In this document: positions 15,824 through 25,600 of the stretch, piece by piece
How the letters are laid out: every line of letters begins with the position of its first letter
How positions within the stretch are numbered: position 1 is the stretch's first letter
IMG/VR virus record: IMGVR_UViG_3300036886_000043
Coordinates: 33,231-97,230 of that record
Reading direction: 5' to 3' (one strand)
DNA: 64,000 nucleotides
Source: a virus
The notes under the pieces: generated by a model
What the model was told of the DNA's origin: nothing
Databases searched by the model: none
What the model saw: only the letters and a program-made list of their open reading frames with translations
Program-made: the position numbers and the translations under genes

Positions 15824-15897
15824 GGACTGCGAGTGTGATGGTGCATAACGCCCTTTTAAGGCGTTTGGATAGAGTTCGATTCTCTAGCGGTCCACCA
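15824..15897 (+). tRNA. trnK: tRNA-Lys(TTT)
   Basis: GGACTGC/GCGGTCC; ACGCC-CTTTTAA-GGCGT. Confidence 0.9.
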
Positions 15898-15898
15898 T

Positions 15899-15973
15899 GG
15901 CCCTATAGCTCAAGGGGATAGAGTGCGGTCTTCTAAGCCGTCGATCACCGTTCGACTCGGTGTAGGGCTCCCA
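15899..15973 (+). tRNA. trnR: tRNA-Arg(TCT)
   Basis: GGCCCTA/TAGGGCT; loop CTTCTAA; A20. Confidence 0.92.
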
Positions 15974-15978
15974 GTTTT

Positions 15979-16055
15979 GCCGCTGTATCTCTCCGGTTTC
16001 CTAAACCGGCAAGAGTAGTTGGATGACGCCGGTTCGACTCCGGCCAGCGGCCCCA
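15979..16055 (+). tRNA. trnR: tRNA-Arg(CCT) with no 5' D arm (rearranged core)
   Basis: GCCGCTG/CAGCGGC; CCGGT-TTCCTAA-ACCGG; perfect T arm; CCA. Confidence 0.8.
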
Positions 16056-16060
16056 GGTTT

Positions 16061-16138
16061 GCTGCCGTATTCGGTTCTGGTTCCGAACCAGAGGGCCGTA
16101 GATGGAGAAGGCAGGTTCGAGTCCTGTCGGCAGCGCCA
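16061..16138 (+). tRNA. trnR: tRNA-Arg(CCG) with no 5' D arm (rearranged core)
   Basis: GCTGCCG/CGGCAGC; TCTGG-TTCCGAA-CCAGA; canonical T arm; CCA. Confidence 0.8.
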
Positions 16139-16143
16139 GTTTA

Positions 16144-16219
16144 GCCGGGTTCGCCCAAAGGCTTAGGGCCGATGGTCTACACCCATCTGATAGGGGTTCG
16201 AGTCCTCTACCCGGCACCA
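16144..16219 (+). tRNA. trnV: tRNA-Val(TAC)
   Basis: GCCGGGT/ACCCGGC; GATGG-TCTACAC-CCATC; C33. Confidence 0.92.
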
Positions 16220-16224
16220 AGATT

Positions 16225-16298
16225 GTCGATGTAGCTCAGTGGTAGAGCACCGCAATGGTAATGCGGCGACGAGGGTCCGATTCCCTCCTTCGGCTCCA
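16225..16298 (+). tRNA. trnT: tRNA-Thr(GGT)
   Basis: TAGCTCAGTGGTAGAGC D arm; CCGCA-ATGGTAA-TGCGG. Confidence 0.92.
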
Positions 16299-16302
16299 TT
16301 TT

Positions 16303-16377
16303 GCCGATGTAGCTCAATGGCAGAGCATTCGCTTGATAAGCGAAAGGTCAGTGGATCAGTACCACTCATCGGCACCA
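16303..16377 (+). tRNA. trnI: tRNA-Ile(GAT)
   Basis: GCCGATG/CATCGGC; TTCGC-TTGATAA-GCGAA. Confidence 0.93.
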
Positions 16378-16383
16378 AGTTGA

Positions 16384-16458
16384 GCGGGATTAGCCAAGTG
16401 GAAAGGCAATGGGCTTCCAACCCATTATGCGTCGGTTCAACCCCGACATCCCGCTCCA
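16384..16458 (+). tRNA. trnG: tRNA-Gly(TCC)
   Basis: GCGGGAT/ATCCCGC, U73; ATGGG-CTTCCAA-CCCAT. Confidence 0.94.
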
Positions 16459-16489
16459 CTTTTCTGCCAACAAGCGTTATACTACTTTC

Positions 16490-17425
16490 ATGCCGAAGTC
16501 GCCCAAACTCGGAAAGATTACATTCTCCTCTTTGTCTCTTCCAGAGCAAATCCAGATGAGCAACTTGCAGGATGCCGTGAACATCCTCGGCGGTCATTCG
16601 GGGGAAGTCGAGTTAAGCAATCATCTAAACCTCGGCGGGAACAAAATAACGAACGTGGCGGCGCCGGCCGCGGATAGCGATGTGTTGACGAGCGGAGCGG
16701 CAGAAACAAAGTATTCCGCGGCGGCTTTACGTCCGCAGCTTGAGTCGAGCGGGACGCATCCATTCGTAGGCTACAGACAAGTCAATAATCAAGGACAGCG
16801 CGAAAAAACCTCAAGCTGGCTCAACGAGCTTCTCTCTACCCCTCCGAACTCCAACAACATCAATCCCATCGTCAGTTCTTCGGGAGGCTCAACGAGCGTC
16901 ACGATCCCGGCCAGCATCTTGCAGATGGGGGATGGAACCACGCGATACCTTCCTTCGCGGACGGACACGTTGACCAACCCGGCAAGCTACTCCATTACCT
17001 CGTTTACGATTGCTTTGGGAGTGGCAACGGTGGTTTTGTCCTCGACTCCATCGCCGGCTTTGGCTGCGCCTACGGTGGTGTACATTTCAGGGACGAGTGA
17101 GATTGACGGGACGTTCCCGATTGCAAGCATTGTCAGCCCGACGACGTTCACGATCAACGTAAGCAGTGGGGTGTCTGGCACTGGAGGGACGGTAGAGACG
17201 GGAGGAATCTGCTACTATTACCTCAACAAGTCATTCCAGAAGGTGATGCTATCCGTCCTTCCGTCATCTTCAGACACCCCGTTTAGGCGTCTCGGAATTT
17301 CTGGAGACGGATACCAGTTGCTTGCGGTTGTCAGCATCAATTCGAGCGGAACTGTCCAAGTGGGGACGGCCGGAGGGGGAACGCCGAGCGTCGTTAGCAC
17401 AGCCAATGCAGGAAGCAGGTTCTAA
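16490..17425 (+). CDS. probable virion/tail-associated protein
   Basis: LNLGGNKITNVAAP fibre-like motif, S/T/G-rich; true start probably ATG 16490, 6 nt after TATACT. Confidence 0.6.
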   Translation: MPKSPKLGKITFSSLSLPEQIQMSNLQDAVNILGGHSGEVELSNHLNLGGNKITNVAAPAADSDVLTSGAAETKYSAAALRPQLESSGTHPFVGYRQVNNQGQREKTSSWLNELLSTPPNSNNINPIVSSSGGSTSVTIPASILQMGDGTTRYLPSRTDTLTNPASYSITSFTIALGVATVVLSSTPSPALAAPTVVYISGTSEIDGTFPIASIVSPTTFTINVSSGVSGTGGTVETGGICYYYLNKSFQKVMLSVLPSSSDTPFRRLGISGDGYQLLAVVSINSSGTVQVGTAGGGTPSVVSTANAGSRF

Positions 17426-17630
17426 TGGGAATTCGAATTACAAAAGAACAAGAAGTCCATGATGGAGAAAAGCTATGGCGCATCAAAGCAACATGGGACT
17501 CTAAGCATGGAGGAACTGAATCTCATGTACGTTTTGCCAAAACTCTAGTTGCGCAGCGAAGGATAGTCTACGGATTTAAGATGAAGTTCCGTATGGGGGA
17601 GTACGACTGATCCAAAAATCAGGAGGAAAT

Positions 17631-18275
17631 ATGGAAACGAAAATTCTCGAAGCGGTTGAAACGAGTAAGATGTCAGTTTGTTCACCAGTCAAAGTATGGA
17701 AGTTCCCAGAACCGGGAAAGAACTACATCTTGTCGGCAGACCCCTGCTTGGGGACTGAAACAGATAGCTCCAATGCCGCAATCGAAGTAATTGATGCGGA
17801 GACTGGGGAACAGTGTGCAGAGTTTGCTCAGGTGGTGTCTCCTGAAAACCTAGCACCGATAATCTTCGATTTGGCGAAGAGATACAATAATGCGGAAGTG
17901 GCGGTAGAGGTAAACAGTGTCGGCATGTTGACGAACAAACTCCTGATTCACAAGTTTAATTACGAAAACATCTACCGCTTCAAACGGCTTGATCGCCTTC
18001 AAAATACCATGACGGACATCGTTGGATGGTGGACCGATTACAAGTCTAAGGCGCAAATGGAAGCCATATTCAGGGATTTTTTGGGGAATAATATAGGATT
18101 GATCCACAGTAAAAAATTGCTAAATGAGATTCTTTTCTACAACGAAGATAGTCCTAAACCGAATGATCGGTTTGCAGCCATGATGATTGCTCTGGCCGTT
18201 CGGGACGAGTTACTGAAGTCTAGGGCTTCTATTCTGAAGGCAGAAGAGAAGATGAGGAATAGGGGAGTGGATTGA
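17631..18275 (+). CDS. stand-alone terminase large-subunit nuclease-like domain
   Basis: YILSADPCLG, GEQCAEF, LAKRYNNAEVAVEVN, GWWT, NDRFAAMMIAL; no ATPase domain. Confidence 0.75.
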   Translation: METKILEAVETSKMSVCSPVKVWKFPEPGKNYILSADPCLGTETDSSNAAIEVIDAETGEQCAEFAQVVSPENLAPIIFDLAKRYNNAEVAVEVNSVGMLTNKLLIHKFNYENIYRFKRLDRLQNTMTDIVGWWTDYKSKAQMEAIFRDFLGNNIGLIHSKKLLNEILFYNEDSPKPNDRFAAMMIALAVRDELLKSRASILKAEEKMRNRGVD

Positions 18276-18476
18276 CGAACTGGAAGCGATCTGCCGAGCA
18301 GATGGATTGGAGCTTCCGACAATGTACGTGGCGTGGAATCCACGTTGCCCAGTCCACGGCTTTCCTGAAGGTTCCGAGGAATATCAGAACGCTGCAATCT
18401 TGTCTGAAACTAAGGTAATGGAGACGAAGTGGTATCAGCGTTGGCGTGACCTGATGGCAAAGGAAATGGAAGCCCA

Positions 18477-18731
18477 ATGAAAATCATCGTCAAAGACGTG
18501 AAGGTTCATCCGGTAACCGGCTACATGGAAGTGGACGTGGTGGCCGTGAACGATAAGGGCGTGGAGGGTCCGAAGAAGACGTATGGAACGGACGCTCATC
18601 AACTTCAATCGGCATACAGTGGGGACATTAACTTGTGGCTGGCATCGGTGAAGGGGACTCACGAACAGCACCATGGGCACCACGAGGTTTTGGCCGCGCA
18701 GTTGTTGGGGATGAAAGGGAAGGAACTATGA
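18477..18731 (+). CDS. hypothetical protein
   Basis: 84-aa ORF in the + strand gene run. Confidence 0.55.
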   Translation: MKIIVKDVKVHPVTGYMEVDVVAVNDKGVEGPKKTYGTDAHQLQSAYSGDINLWLASVKGTHEQHHGHHEVLAAQLLGMKGKEL

Positions 18732-18948
18732 AGAAGTTTAGAGGCAAGCCGAATCCAACACGAACAAATAGGGCATTTGAGGCTTTAGCTAAAAACTTCT
18801 ACACGGACACTCCAATGTGGAGGTTTGTTGCGAGGGGTGGTAGGGGGCGTAGGTTGATGATCTTGTATCGGCGGCTGAAGGGGAGTCGGAGGCCGCAGTG
18901 CTTTCGGCAGGATGTTTGGTGATTCCAAAATTTGGAATGGAGGGTGAT

Positions 18949-19419
18949 ATGGGATTGATTTTCAAAGACGAAGTAACGTCATCGGAGCCGCTGGATATGC
19001 CTCCTGTCAATCGACGGATTGCAAAGAACTCCGTTACAGGCGAGGACTACATCCCTGGATATGTGATTGGCCGCGGCGTAAATGTTGGCACAGAAACCTG
19101 TATTTACAGTCTTGAACAAGTGGACGGTCAGCCGCCAATGACCGCGGCGCAGAAAGCATTCGGAGTTCTTTGGTATGGGGATCTAAAACCAGACCTCATA
19201 CTTTCTTCTGAGGTATACATGAAGAAGATGGTCCGCCGCATAATTCCGAATCAGCGCAAGGCGGGGATGTACGGCTGTAATTTTGGCTTCTTTCTTAACG
19301 GGGCAATATGGTCCTATAGCGAAGAGGTTGATTGCAGTGAAGGATGGGTGTTTATTTTGAACACGAAATACCCGACAGCACCGCATCTCAATGGGTGCTA
19401 TAAGGCGATGGAGGAGTGA
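18949..19419 (+). CDS. hypothetical protein
   Basis: GGAGGGTG RBS; stop overlaps the next start. Confidence 0.6.
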   Translation: MGLIFKDEVTSSEPLDMPPVNRRIAKNSVTGEDYIPGYVIGRGVNVGTETCIYSLEQVDGQPPMTAAQKAFGVLWYGDLKPDLILSSEVYMKKMVRRIIPNQRKAGMYGCNFGFFLNGAIWSYSEEVDCSEGWVFILNTKYPTAPHLNGCYKAMEE

Positions 19420-20027
19420 TGGACGGCTGGAAGTACATGACGAAGAATGCAGCGGTGGTTCCGTTCTCCCCCGGAACCGTGGTCTATCAAGATGGGATGC
19501 TCTCGACGCTTTACTACCGCAGCAAGGAACTTGGGCGTCTGGAGTATATGTTCTGTGGCGACAAGCCAGGTCATGACCAGTTCATCCGAATGTTCGACGA
19601 GTCCAAAAGGATTACTCAGATACTTTGCGAGGTTGAGAATCAGGGCACACCGCAGGAGGTTTGTCATCCGGCTGGATGTTCTTGGGTTGAGCTTTCAAAG
19701 GGCGTCGATGGCGAGAGAGCCGCAATGTGCGGGTTTGCGTTTATCAAGCGAAGCCGCTACATGGTTGATTTGGGGATGCTTGGAATTGCATATTGGATGG
19801 AGGGGCTGAAGATCGACGTTCTTCATGGCGTTTTGCTTGAGGAGAACAAGGCGGCGCAACACTTTGCTGAAAGGCTCGGGTTCAAAAAAGAAGGCGTAGT
19901 CCGACGTTTTCACTCCTACCGAGGCAAGTTGGTTTCTGCGGTTGCCATGATGATTGAGAAGGAATTTTTCCTCCCCGGATACGAAGAATGGTATGAATCG
20001 AAGAAAGTTGTAGAAACTGTAGAGTGA
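19416..20027 (+). CDS. GNAT (RimJ/RimL-like) acetyltransferase-fold protein
   Basis: ENKAAQHFAERLGFKKEGVVR; sits just before the ejection genes. Confidence 0.8.
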   Translation: MMDGWKYMTKNAAVVPFSPGTVVYQDGMLSTLYYRSKELGRLEYMFCGDKPGHDQFIRMFDESKRITQILCEVENQGTPQEVCHPAGCSWVELSKGVDGERAAMCGFAFIKRSRYMVDLGMLGIAYWMEGLKIDVLHGVLLEENKAAQHFAERLGFKKEGVVRRFHSYRGKLVSAVAMMIEKEFFLPGYEEWYESKKVVETVE

Positions 20028-20061
20028 TTTAACGTAACCTCCCATTTAGGGAGAGACTTCC

Positions 20062-20619
20062 TTGAGCAAGCCAACAGGCGAGGACCAGCAACTTCAGGCC
20101 AGTCAGGCGAATCTTGCCGACGTAATGAGTGCAACCGGCAAGCAATCGGCCCAAGAGGGTGCAACTCTCTTCAATCTCGGTCTGCCTGGATTAGAGAAGT
20201 CGGAATCGTATTATGGCAAACTGGCCAGCGGCGACCCGAACGCATTGGCAAGGGCAAACGCGCCAGCTATCCAGTCGATTACCGGACAATCCGATCAACA
20301 ACTCAAAAACATCATGCAGAACTCCCCGAGGGGGGGAGCGCGAGACCTTGCGGCCTCGGAAGCGGATTTGTCTAAGGGCGCTGGTATCAGCAACCTTACG
20401 ACAGGCTCGTACACAAATGCCTTTCCGTCCCTCGCCAGCCTTGGAGGGCAGAACGTGGGGCAGGGGAATCAGGCTACGTCCACGGGCATTTCTGGTATGA
20501 ATGCCGCGGCTAACCAGTACGGACAGTTGCAGCAGTTGAATAACGAGCAGAAGGCGACTCAGCTTGGTCTGTTCTCGTCCTTGGCCGGAGCCGGTGCATC
20601 GGCAGCGGGGGCGATGTGA
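20062..20619 (+). CDS. probable DNA ejection (internal virion) protein
   Basis: A/G/Q/S-rich helical protein with a hydrophobic Gly/Ala C-terminus. Confidence 0.6.
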   Translation: MSKPTGEDQQLQASQANLADVMSATGKQSAQEGATLFNLGLPGLEKSESYYGKLASGDPNALARANAPAIQSITGQSDQQLKNIMQNSPRGGARDLAASEADLSKGAGISNLTTGSYTNAFPSLASLGGQNVGQGNQATSTGISGMNAAANQYGQLQQLNNEQKATQLGLFSSLAGAGASAAGAM

Positions 20620-20620
20620 T

Positions 20621-22681
20621 ATGCCAGTAAACGCCGATCAGTTCGCAGTGACCCCGTACACCTCGACGGTGCCTCTTCTCCAGATCCCGCCAGGGGCGAT
20701 AGAGCAGCAGAGCCGACCGGCGCAGCCGCTACAGGGGCAATTTGGCCGGAAGGGGACCGGCGCTCTTGCAATCGGGGACTCTCTACTCAAGGGGTTTATG
20801 CTCGGCCACGAACAGAAGGAGCAGAGGAAAAACGAGCAGGCCAAGGCGACAATCAACGCGGCCGATGCCGCAAGCGAAGCGGCCTACCGGGCATACCAGG
20901 ATGCGCTTACGAAGGTTGGAGGCAAGCAGGACGATCCGGCGGCTCAGTCTGCGTATGAGGCGTATAAGGCTACCTTTAATGCCGGAAAGCAGGCCAAGGC
21001 GCAGTTTGTCATTCCAGAGAAGGGGCAGAAGGGGAAGAAGAGTTCTTCAGATAGTGTTGGCTCAACGGGAACTGGCGGCAAAGGCGGCAAAGACAAGAAA
21101 CAGGCCAGTGCGGGCTTCAACAATATCAGGGAATTCTTTGAGGCGAACCCTCATATCGTTCCTCAGATTGCATTGATGACTATGCAGCCAAAGCCGCAGG
21201 GGCTTGAGCCGCAGCGTCAAGTCCAAAGTTTGGAATTGGATACAGCCCAGCGCCAGAACAACGACTTGAAGCAAAAAGATTCTGACCGAAACATGATCGC
21301 CATGTACGGCAAGCTGACCCCAGAGGAGATAGCCAAACTACCGGCAGACGTACAAAAGCAGATCAATGACCCGCAGAATGGTCTTAAAGTTGCTCAGTCC
21401 CGGTATGCGATGGAGGCTCCTCAGAAGGGCAAGGACCGCATCTGGACGAACGGAAAGGGAGATTTTAGCTCTCTTCCTGAAGGGGAAGCTCCTCCAGTTA
21501 ATTCTGGATACTACCCGTATGAGAAGACTCCAGCAAACGGCCCGAAGGGCGAGGAAGCGTTCGTTGCCGAATATGCCACGAAGAACAATATCAGTCCTGC
21601 TTCGATGGACCCGGCAACCCGGAAGTACCTGCACGATGTTTGGACGTATCGGAACCCGCAGACGACTTCATCGGTAAGCGGGGCTACGGTTGATGCGCAA
21701 GGAAACCGCACCGCTACGAACAGGTCTACTCGTGGCTCTGCCGAGCCTAGACCGCCATCGGGTGTGGCTCCTGTTAGCGGGATGGGCATACAGCCTCCAC
21801 CGGGGGCAGCAGCGGCCCCTACAGCCCAAGGAGTACCACCCACAGCGCCTCAAGGATCGACTCAGTACACGGTTGGAGAGAAGCCGCAAGGAATTGTCGA
21901 GGAAGGCAACCTACCGATTTGGAATCGTCCTACGGTACAGAATTCCGATGGTAAGCACAGCACTGAATATTCGACATCGATGGAGGAGGACGGTAAAGAG
22001 GTTCTTGTCCCAACGGTGGTCAACGGGAAGTTTCTTACTCCAGACGGAAAGAAACCGAAAGAAGGTTCTCCGGAAGAGAAAGCCATGTTCAAGTCAGCAT
22101 GGCAGCACTATAAGGACACCGGAGAAAATCTCGGAAAGTTCAAGAGCGCAAAGGATGCCAATGCATACGCGGACACTTTGCATAATCGGGGATCGGCAAA
22201 GTCTGATTCAAGGGGAGGTATCCCCCATCCTCCAACAGTGAAGTCGGCCTCTAGCGGGCAAGGAATTACTCGTCCTCCGCAGGCTGGAAAGACCGCAAAG
22301 GCTGGAATGACACCGCCGCCAAGAGGCAAGGAAACGGCCCTCACGGCTTCAGTGACCCGGCAGGCAGTCAAGGCTCAGCAGGAAGGCTACCGGAAGGCGG
22401 AAGCACAGTACACGAAGGATATTGCCGACGCGGACAAGGCATTTGCGACGATTCAGGAGAATGCTTCCAAGAACACCGATCCGACGATTCTCCAAGCCGC
22501 CCAACAGGCCAAGGATGCAGCCTACGCCAGAGCAAAAACCTTTCTTGAAGGAGCAAAGGCCAGTGTTGCAGAGGAGTACGATGCTGCCGTAAAGTCGATT
22601 AGGGGGACGCCGGGAGGCCAATCTGGAGGAACGGCGGGAGGGCAGCAACCGAGCGGTAATTTACCTCCAGGGTGGCAATGA
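20621..22681 (+). CDS. probable DNA ejection (internal virion) protein
   Basis: 686 aa, A/P/Q-rich, ends LPPGWQ; synteny. Confidence 0.55.
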   Translation: MPVNADQFAVTPYTSTVPLLQIPPGAIEQQSRPAQPLQGQFGRKGTGALAIGDSLLKGFMLGHEQKEQRKNEQAKATINAADAASEAAYRAYQDALTKVGGKQDDPAAQSAYEAYKATFNAGKQAKAQFVIPEKGQKGKKSSSDSVGSTGTGGKGGKDKKQASAGFNNIREFFEANPHIVPQIALMTMQPKPQGLEPQRQVQSLELDTAQRQNNDLKQKDSDRNMIAMYGKLTPEEIAKLPADVQKQINDPQNGLKVAQSRYAMEAPQKGKDRIWTNGKGDFSSLPEGEAPPVNSGYYPYEKTPANGPKGEEAFVAEYATKNNISPASMDPATRKYLHDVWTYRNPQTTSSVSGATVDAQGNRTATNRSTRGSAEPRPPSGVAPVSGMGIQPPPGAAAAPTAQGVPPTAPQGSTQYTVGEKPQGIVEEGNLPIWNRPTVQNSDGKHSTEYSTSMEEDGKEVLVPTVVNGKFLTPDGKKPKEGSPEEKAMFKSAWQHYKDTGENLGKFKSAKDANAYADTLHNRGSAKSDSRGGIPHPPTVKSASSGQGITRPPQAGKTAKAGMTPPPRGKETALTASVTRQAVKAQQEGYRKAEAQYTKDIADADKAFATIQENASKNTDPTILQAAQQAKDAAYARAKTFLEGAKASVAEEYDAAVKSIRGTPGGQSGGTAGGQQPSGNLPPGWQ

Positions 22682-22684
22682 TAA

Positions 22685-25600
22685 ATGGCAGACCAACAGA
22701 CTTGGAATCCAGTACCGGAACTCAAGCAGAAGTATCCGGGCTTGAAGGACTGGTCGGATGAGAAAATCTACAATAATTTGTCGGACCCGAATAAGTTTCG
22801 GTCTGCTTTCCCGCAGTACGCCAATCTTGGCGACGATGTAATCAAGCGGAACATTGACCATCTGAAGCCCTCAATCCAACCACAGGCCGCGCCAGCGAAT
22901 GTACAGGCTCCGGTTATGCCTTCAAAGGCGCCTGAGCAACGCCCACCGGATGAATTGAGGGCATGGACTCCCACTCCGCTTCAAGAAGCGTCTATCTGGT
23001 TTCGCAACACTCAGACCGGCAAGACTCTGGCGAATTCTTTTAACGATATTCGCCAAATGGCAAGCAGCGCGTGGACTAAAGCTCAAGAGCCGTTCGGCGG
23101 TGATCCTGAAGATGTTGAAAACTTGCGTAAGAAGCAAAACCAGTTCATTGATGACTATTTTCCAGAGAGTATTGCGGGAAGCAAAAAAGTCGCCTCTGCT
23201 GTAAGAGGAGGAGCTAAAGGGGCGCTCCAGTTTGGAGAAGAGCTGACCTCTCCGGTCCAGATCGGATTGATGGTCGGGACGTTTGGCGAGAGTGCTCTTG
23301 CTCGGACTGCGGCTTCGATGGGACTACCGAAGTTGGTCCCAGCGGCTCGGGTAATGGGAAAGCTAATTCAGGCTCAGTTCATCTCTCAGATGGTCGAAGG
23401 TGGATACACGAGCATTCGTGATTCCGTGAAGACCTATATTAGCGGGGATTGGGACACGGCGACACAGCAGGCGGTAGTCGGATTGGGTAGCCTACTGATG
23501 GCAAGGGCTGGCATCAGCCACGCTGAGGCTACAGAGAAAATACACGCCGACTTGGACAAGACCGCTGTCGAAAAGCACGGCCAGAAATTCAATAAGCTCT
23601 CTCCAGAAAATCAAGGTCTGGTTATCGAAGAAACTGTCAATCGTTCGCCAGAGTACAAGGCGATGATGGAGACGGTTGACGCCAAGAACGCCGAAGTCGC
23701 AGACAGCATTCAGAAAAAGCGGCAGATGCAAGTTGCACGCTACTCTGGAATCGCATGGGATCAGGCGTGGAATCCAGATGCCGCGCATCGGGCGGTAGAT
23801 GCTCTCCACGCGGAACGCGCTGAAACTGCGAGGAAGGAACAAGTACAAAAAGTCGTCGGAACAATCAGGGCCAGGGTCAAGCAGCGCACCGACGAGATCA
23901 AAGCGGAAAACGAGGAACGTCTGGCCGCTGCCCGTGAGGGTCGCGAAGAGAAGCGCAAGGCCGCGGCTGAGGATCGTGAATCCGTACAGCAAACCGCAGA
24001 GGAAATCATCAAAGGCAGAGATGAGACCTTCGCTGGACGACAGGCAATCGGTGAAATCCCAACTGAAGAGGAAATGTCGCGCCCAGTCGAGGCCGCAGTT
24101 GACAACTCAGGCCACGTCAGCTACCCGGTCCAATACTGGGGAGAGGAAAACAGGTTCGGAGTCGGAACTGACGGAGAGAGGCATTCGGTTTACCGTCAGA
24201 CTCCACGCGGAGTCGAGTGGCTGGACCGCAGCGGCAATTTCACTGAAACTCCAGAGGCGCTTTACTTCAATACCGACGACAAGACTTCAGATACAGTTGC
24301 AAGACTCTCTTCGCTGAAACTTGAGTCCGACGGCGTAGCAGCGCAGCCGGAAGCTACTGCCGAGCAAGTTAAGGACGCTGAGACGCTGGGCGAGATTCGC
24401 CGGCAGTTGATTGAAGGGGAGATCAACGCAGCCGAAGCGCAGAAACGCGCCGGCATCGCAGAGAAGACTACTCTTCCAGACGTGTATGCGGCGGCTCGGG
24501 AAGGCCGTCTCAGTGGACCCTTCAGTGAGAAGTCTGCAACGGATTACGAACATGAAGTTGTGTTGGAACTACTCAACAACGGCGCCAGCGAAGAAGAAGT
24601 CCAGGCGACACTTGAAAGCCTGCCAGCACTCGCAAGGGTGGACATCGAAAGAAACCTTCATCACGTCTACCAGCCGGGAGACTATATCATCTCGAAGCGT
24701 GACGTGAAGTGGACACTTGACGCAAAAGGCTTGTTGCATCCTTCGGATGGTGGAATATCTGTACCTTTAATGAAGCGGGGAACGTACTCGAATCAAGCTA
24801 TGCAACTTGCGGCTTCGGGCAGGGTTGGGTATGGTACGAAGACCCGGCTGGAGCGGAGAGCCGACTTCTCAAGAAACCGCGACATCAAGAGGCAAATCGC
24901 AGTCCGGCAAGAAGAGTTTGACCGGGAGATGCGGGTTGCTCAACAGAACGCCGGCCTGGAAGCAATTCCACAGGAAGGCGACGTTCACTACGAAGGGGAG
25001 CGTGAAGAACGCCGCAAGCAGTTCCTTGGCAGACCTCCGGTTCCCGAGGAAACTCACAAGGCAAGAGTAGAACGCAGGGCGGCTTACAAAGCCTCGAACG
25101 ATCCAAACAACATCATCAACCAACTGGCAAAGCAGTTTGGAGTGACACCGGATGAAGTGATGCGGATTGGACTGTCTGAGAGGACTCCGACCATCGAGGC
25201 AAAGGTGGCTTCGCTTGAAGTCGGGGACAGGGTTTCAGATCCATTCAGGCCGGACAGACCTTGGATTGTCGAGGAGAAGAATGGCCAAACCTACCTGCGG
25301 TCTGGACAGGCCAACCCGATTCCGTTTGACAGGCTGAATCCGAGCCCTCGCGTTTTCCAAATTTTGGAAAAAGGCGACATCACGCATGACCGCGACTGGA
25401 CCGCAGAGGAGAAGGAAAAAGTCGCGTTTGAGAAACCGTACCTGGTTCACCAAAGATTCCTCGTAGATGGCGTTCGGGACCGGATGGAGGGCAAAGTCGT
25501 TGACCCAGAGCCGAAGACACAGGTGCAGGCCGAAACGCAGGCGGCCGCGGCAGAGAGCCGGAAAGCCGCAGCCCACTCAGTGGCAGTGGAAGCCGCGGAG

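Noticed and set aside
11980-16458. CRISPR array or suppressor tRNAs / stop-codon recoding
   Set aside because: Repeats are tRNA consensus motifs only; there are no CTA, TTA or TCA anticodons, and genes end normally at all three stop codons.
16409-16489. N-terminal extension of the 338-aa ORF
   Set aside because: It overlaps tRNA-Gly(TCC); the better start is ATG 16490 after a -10 box.
11735-16597. Many 60-156-aa ORFs on both strands across the tRNA array
   Set aside because: They overlap clear cloverleafs and are translation artefacts; only the two nucleases, the three leaders and possibly 14051-14212 are retained.
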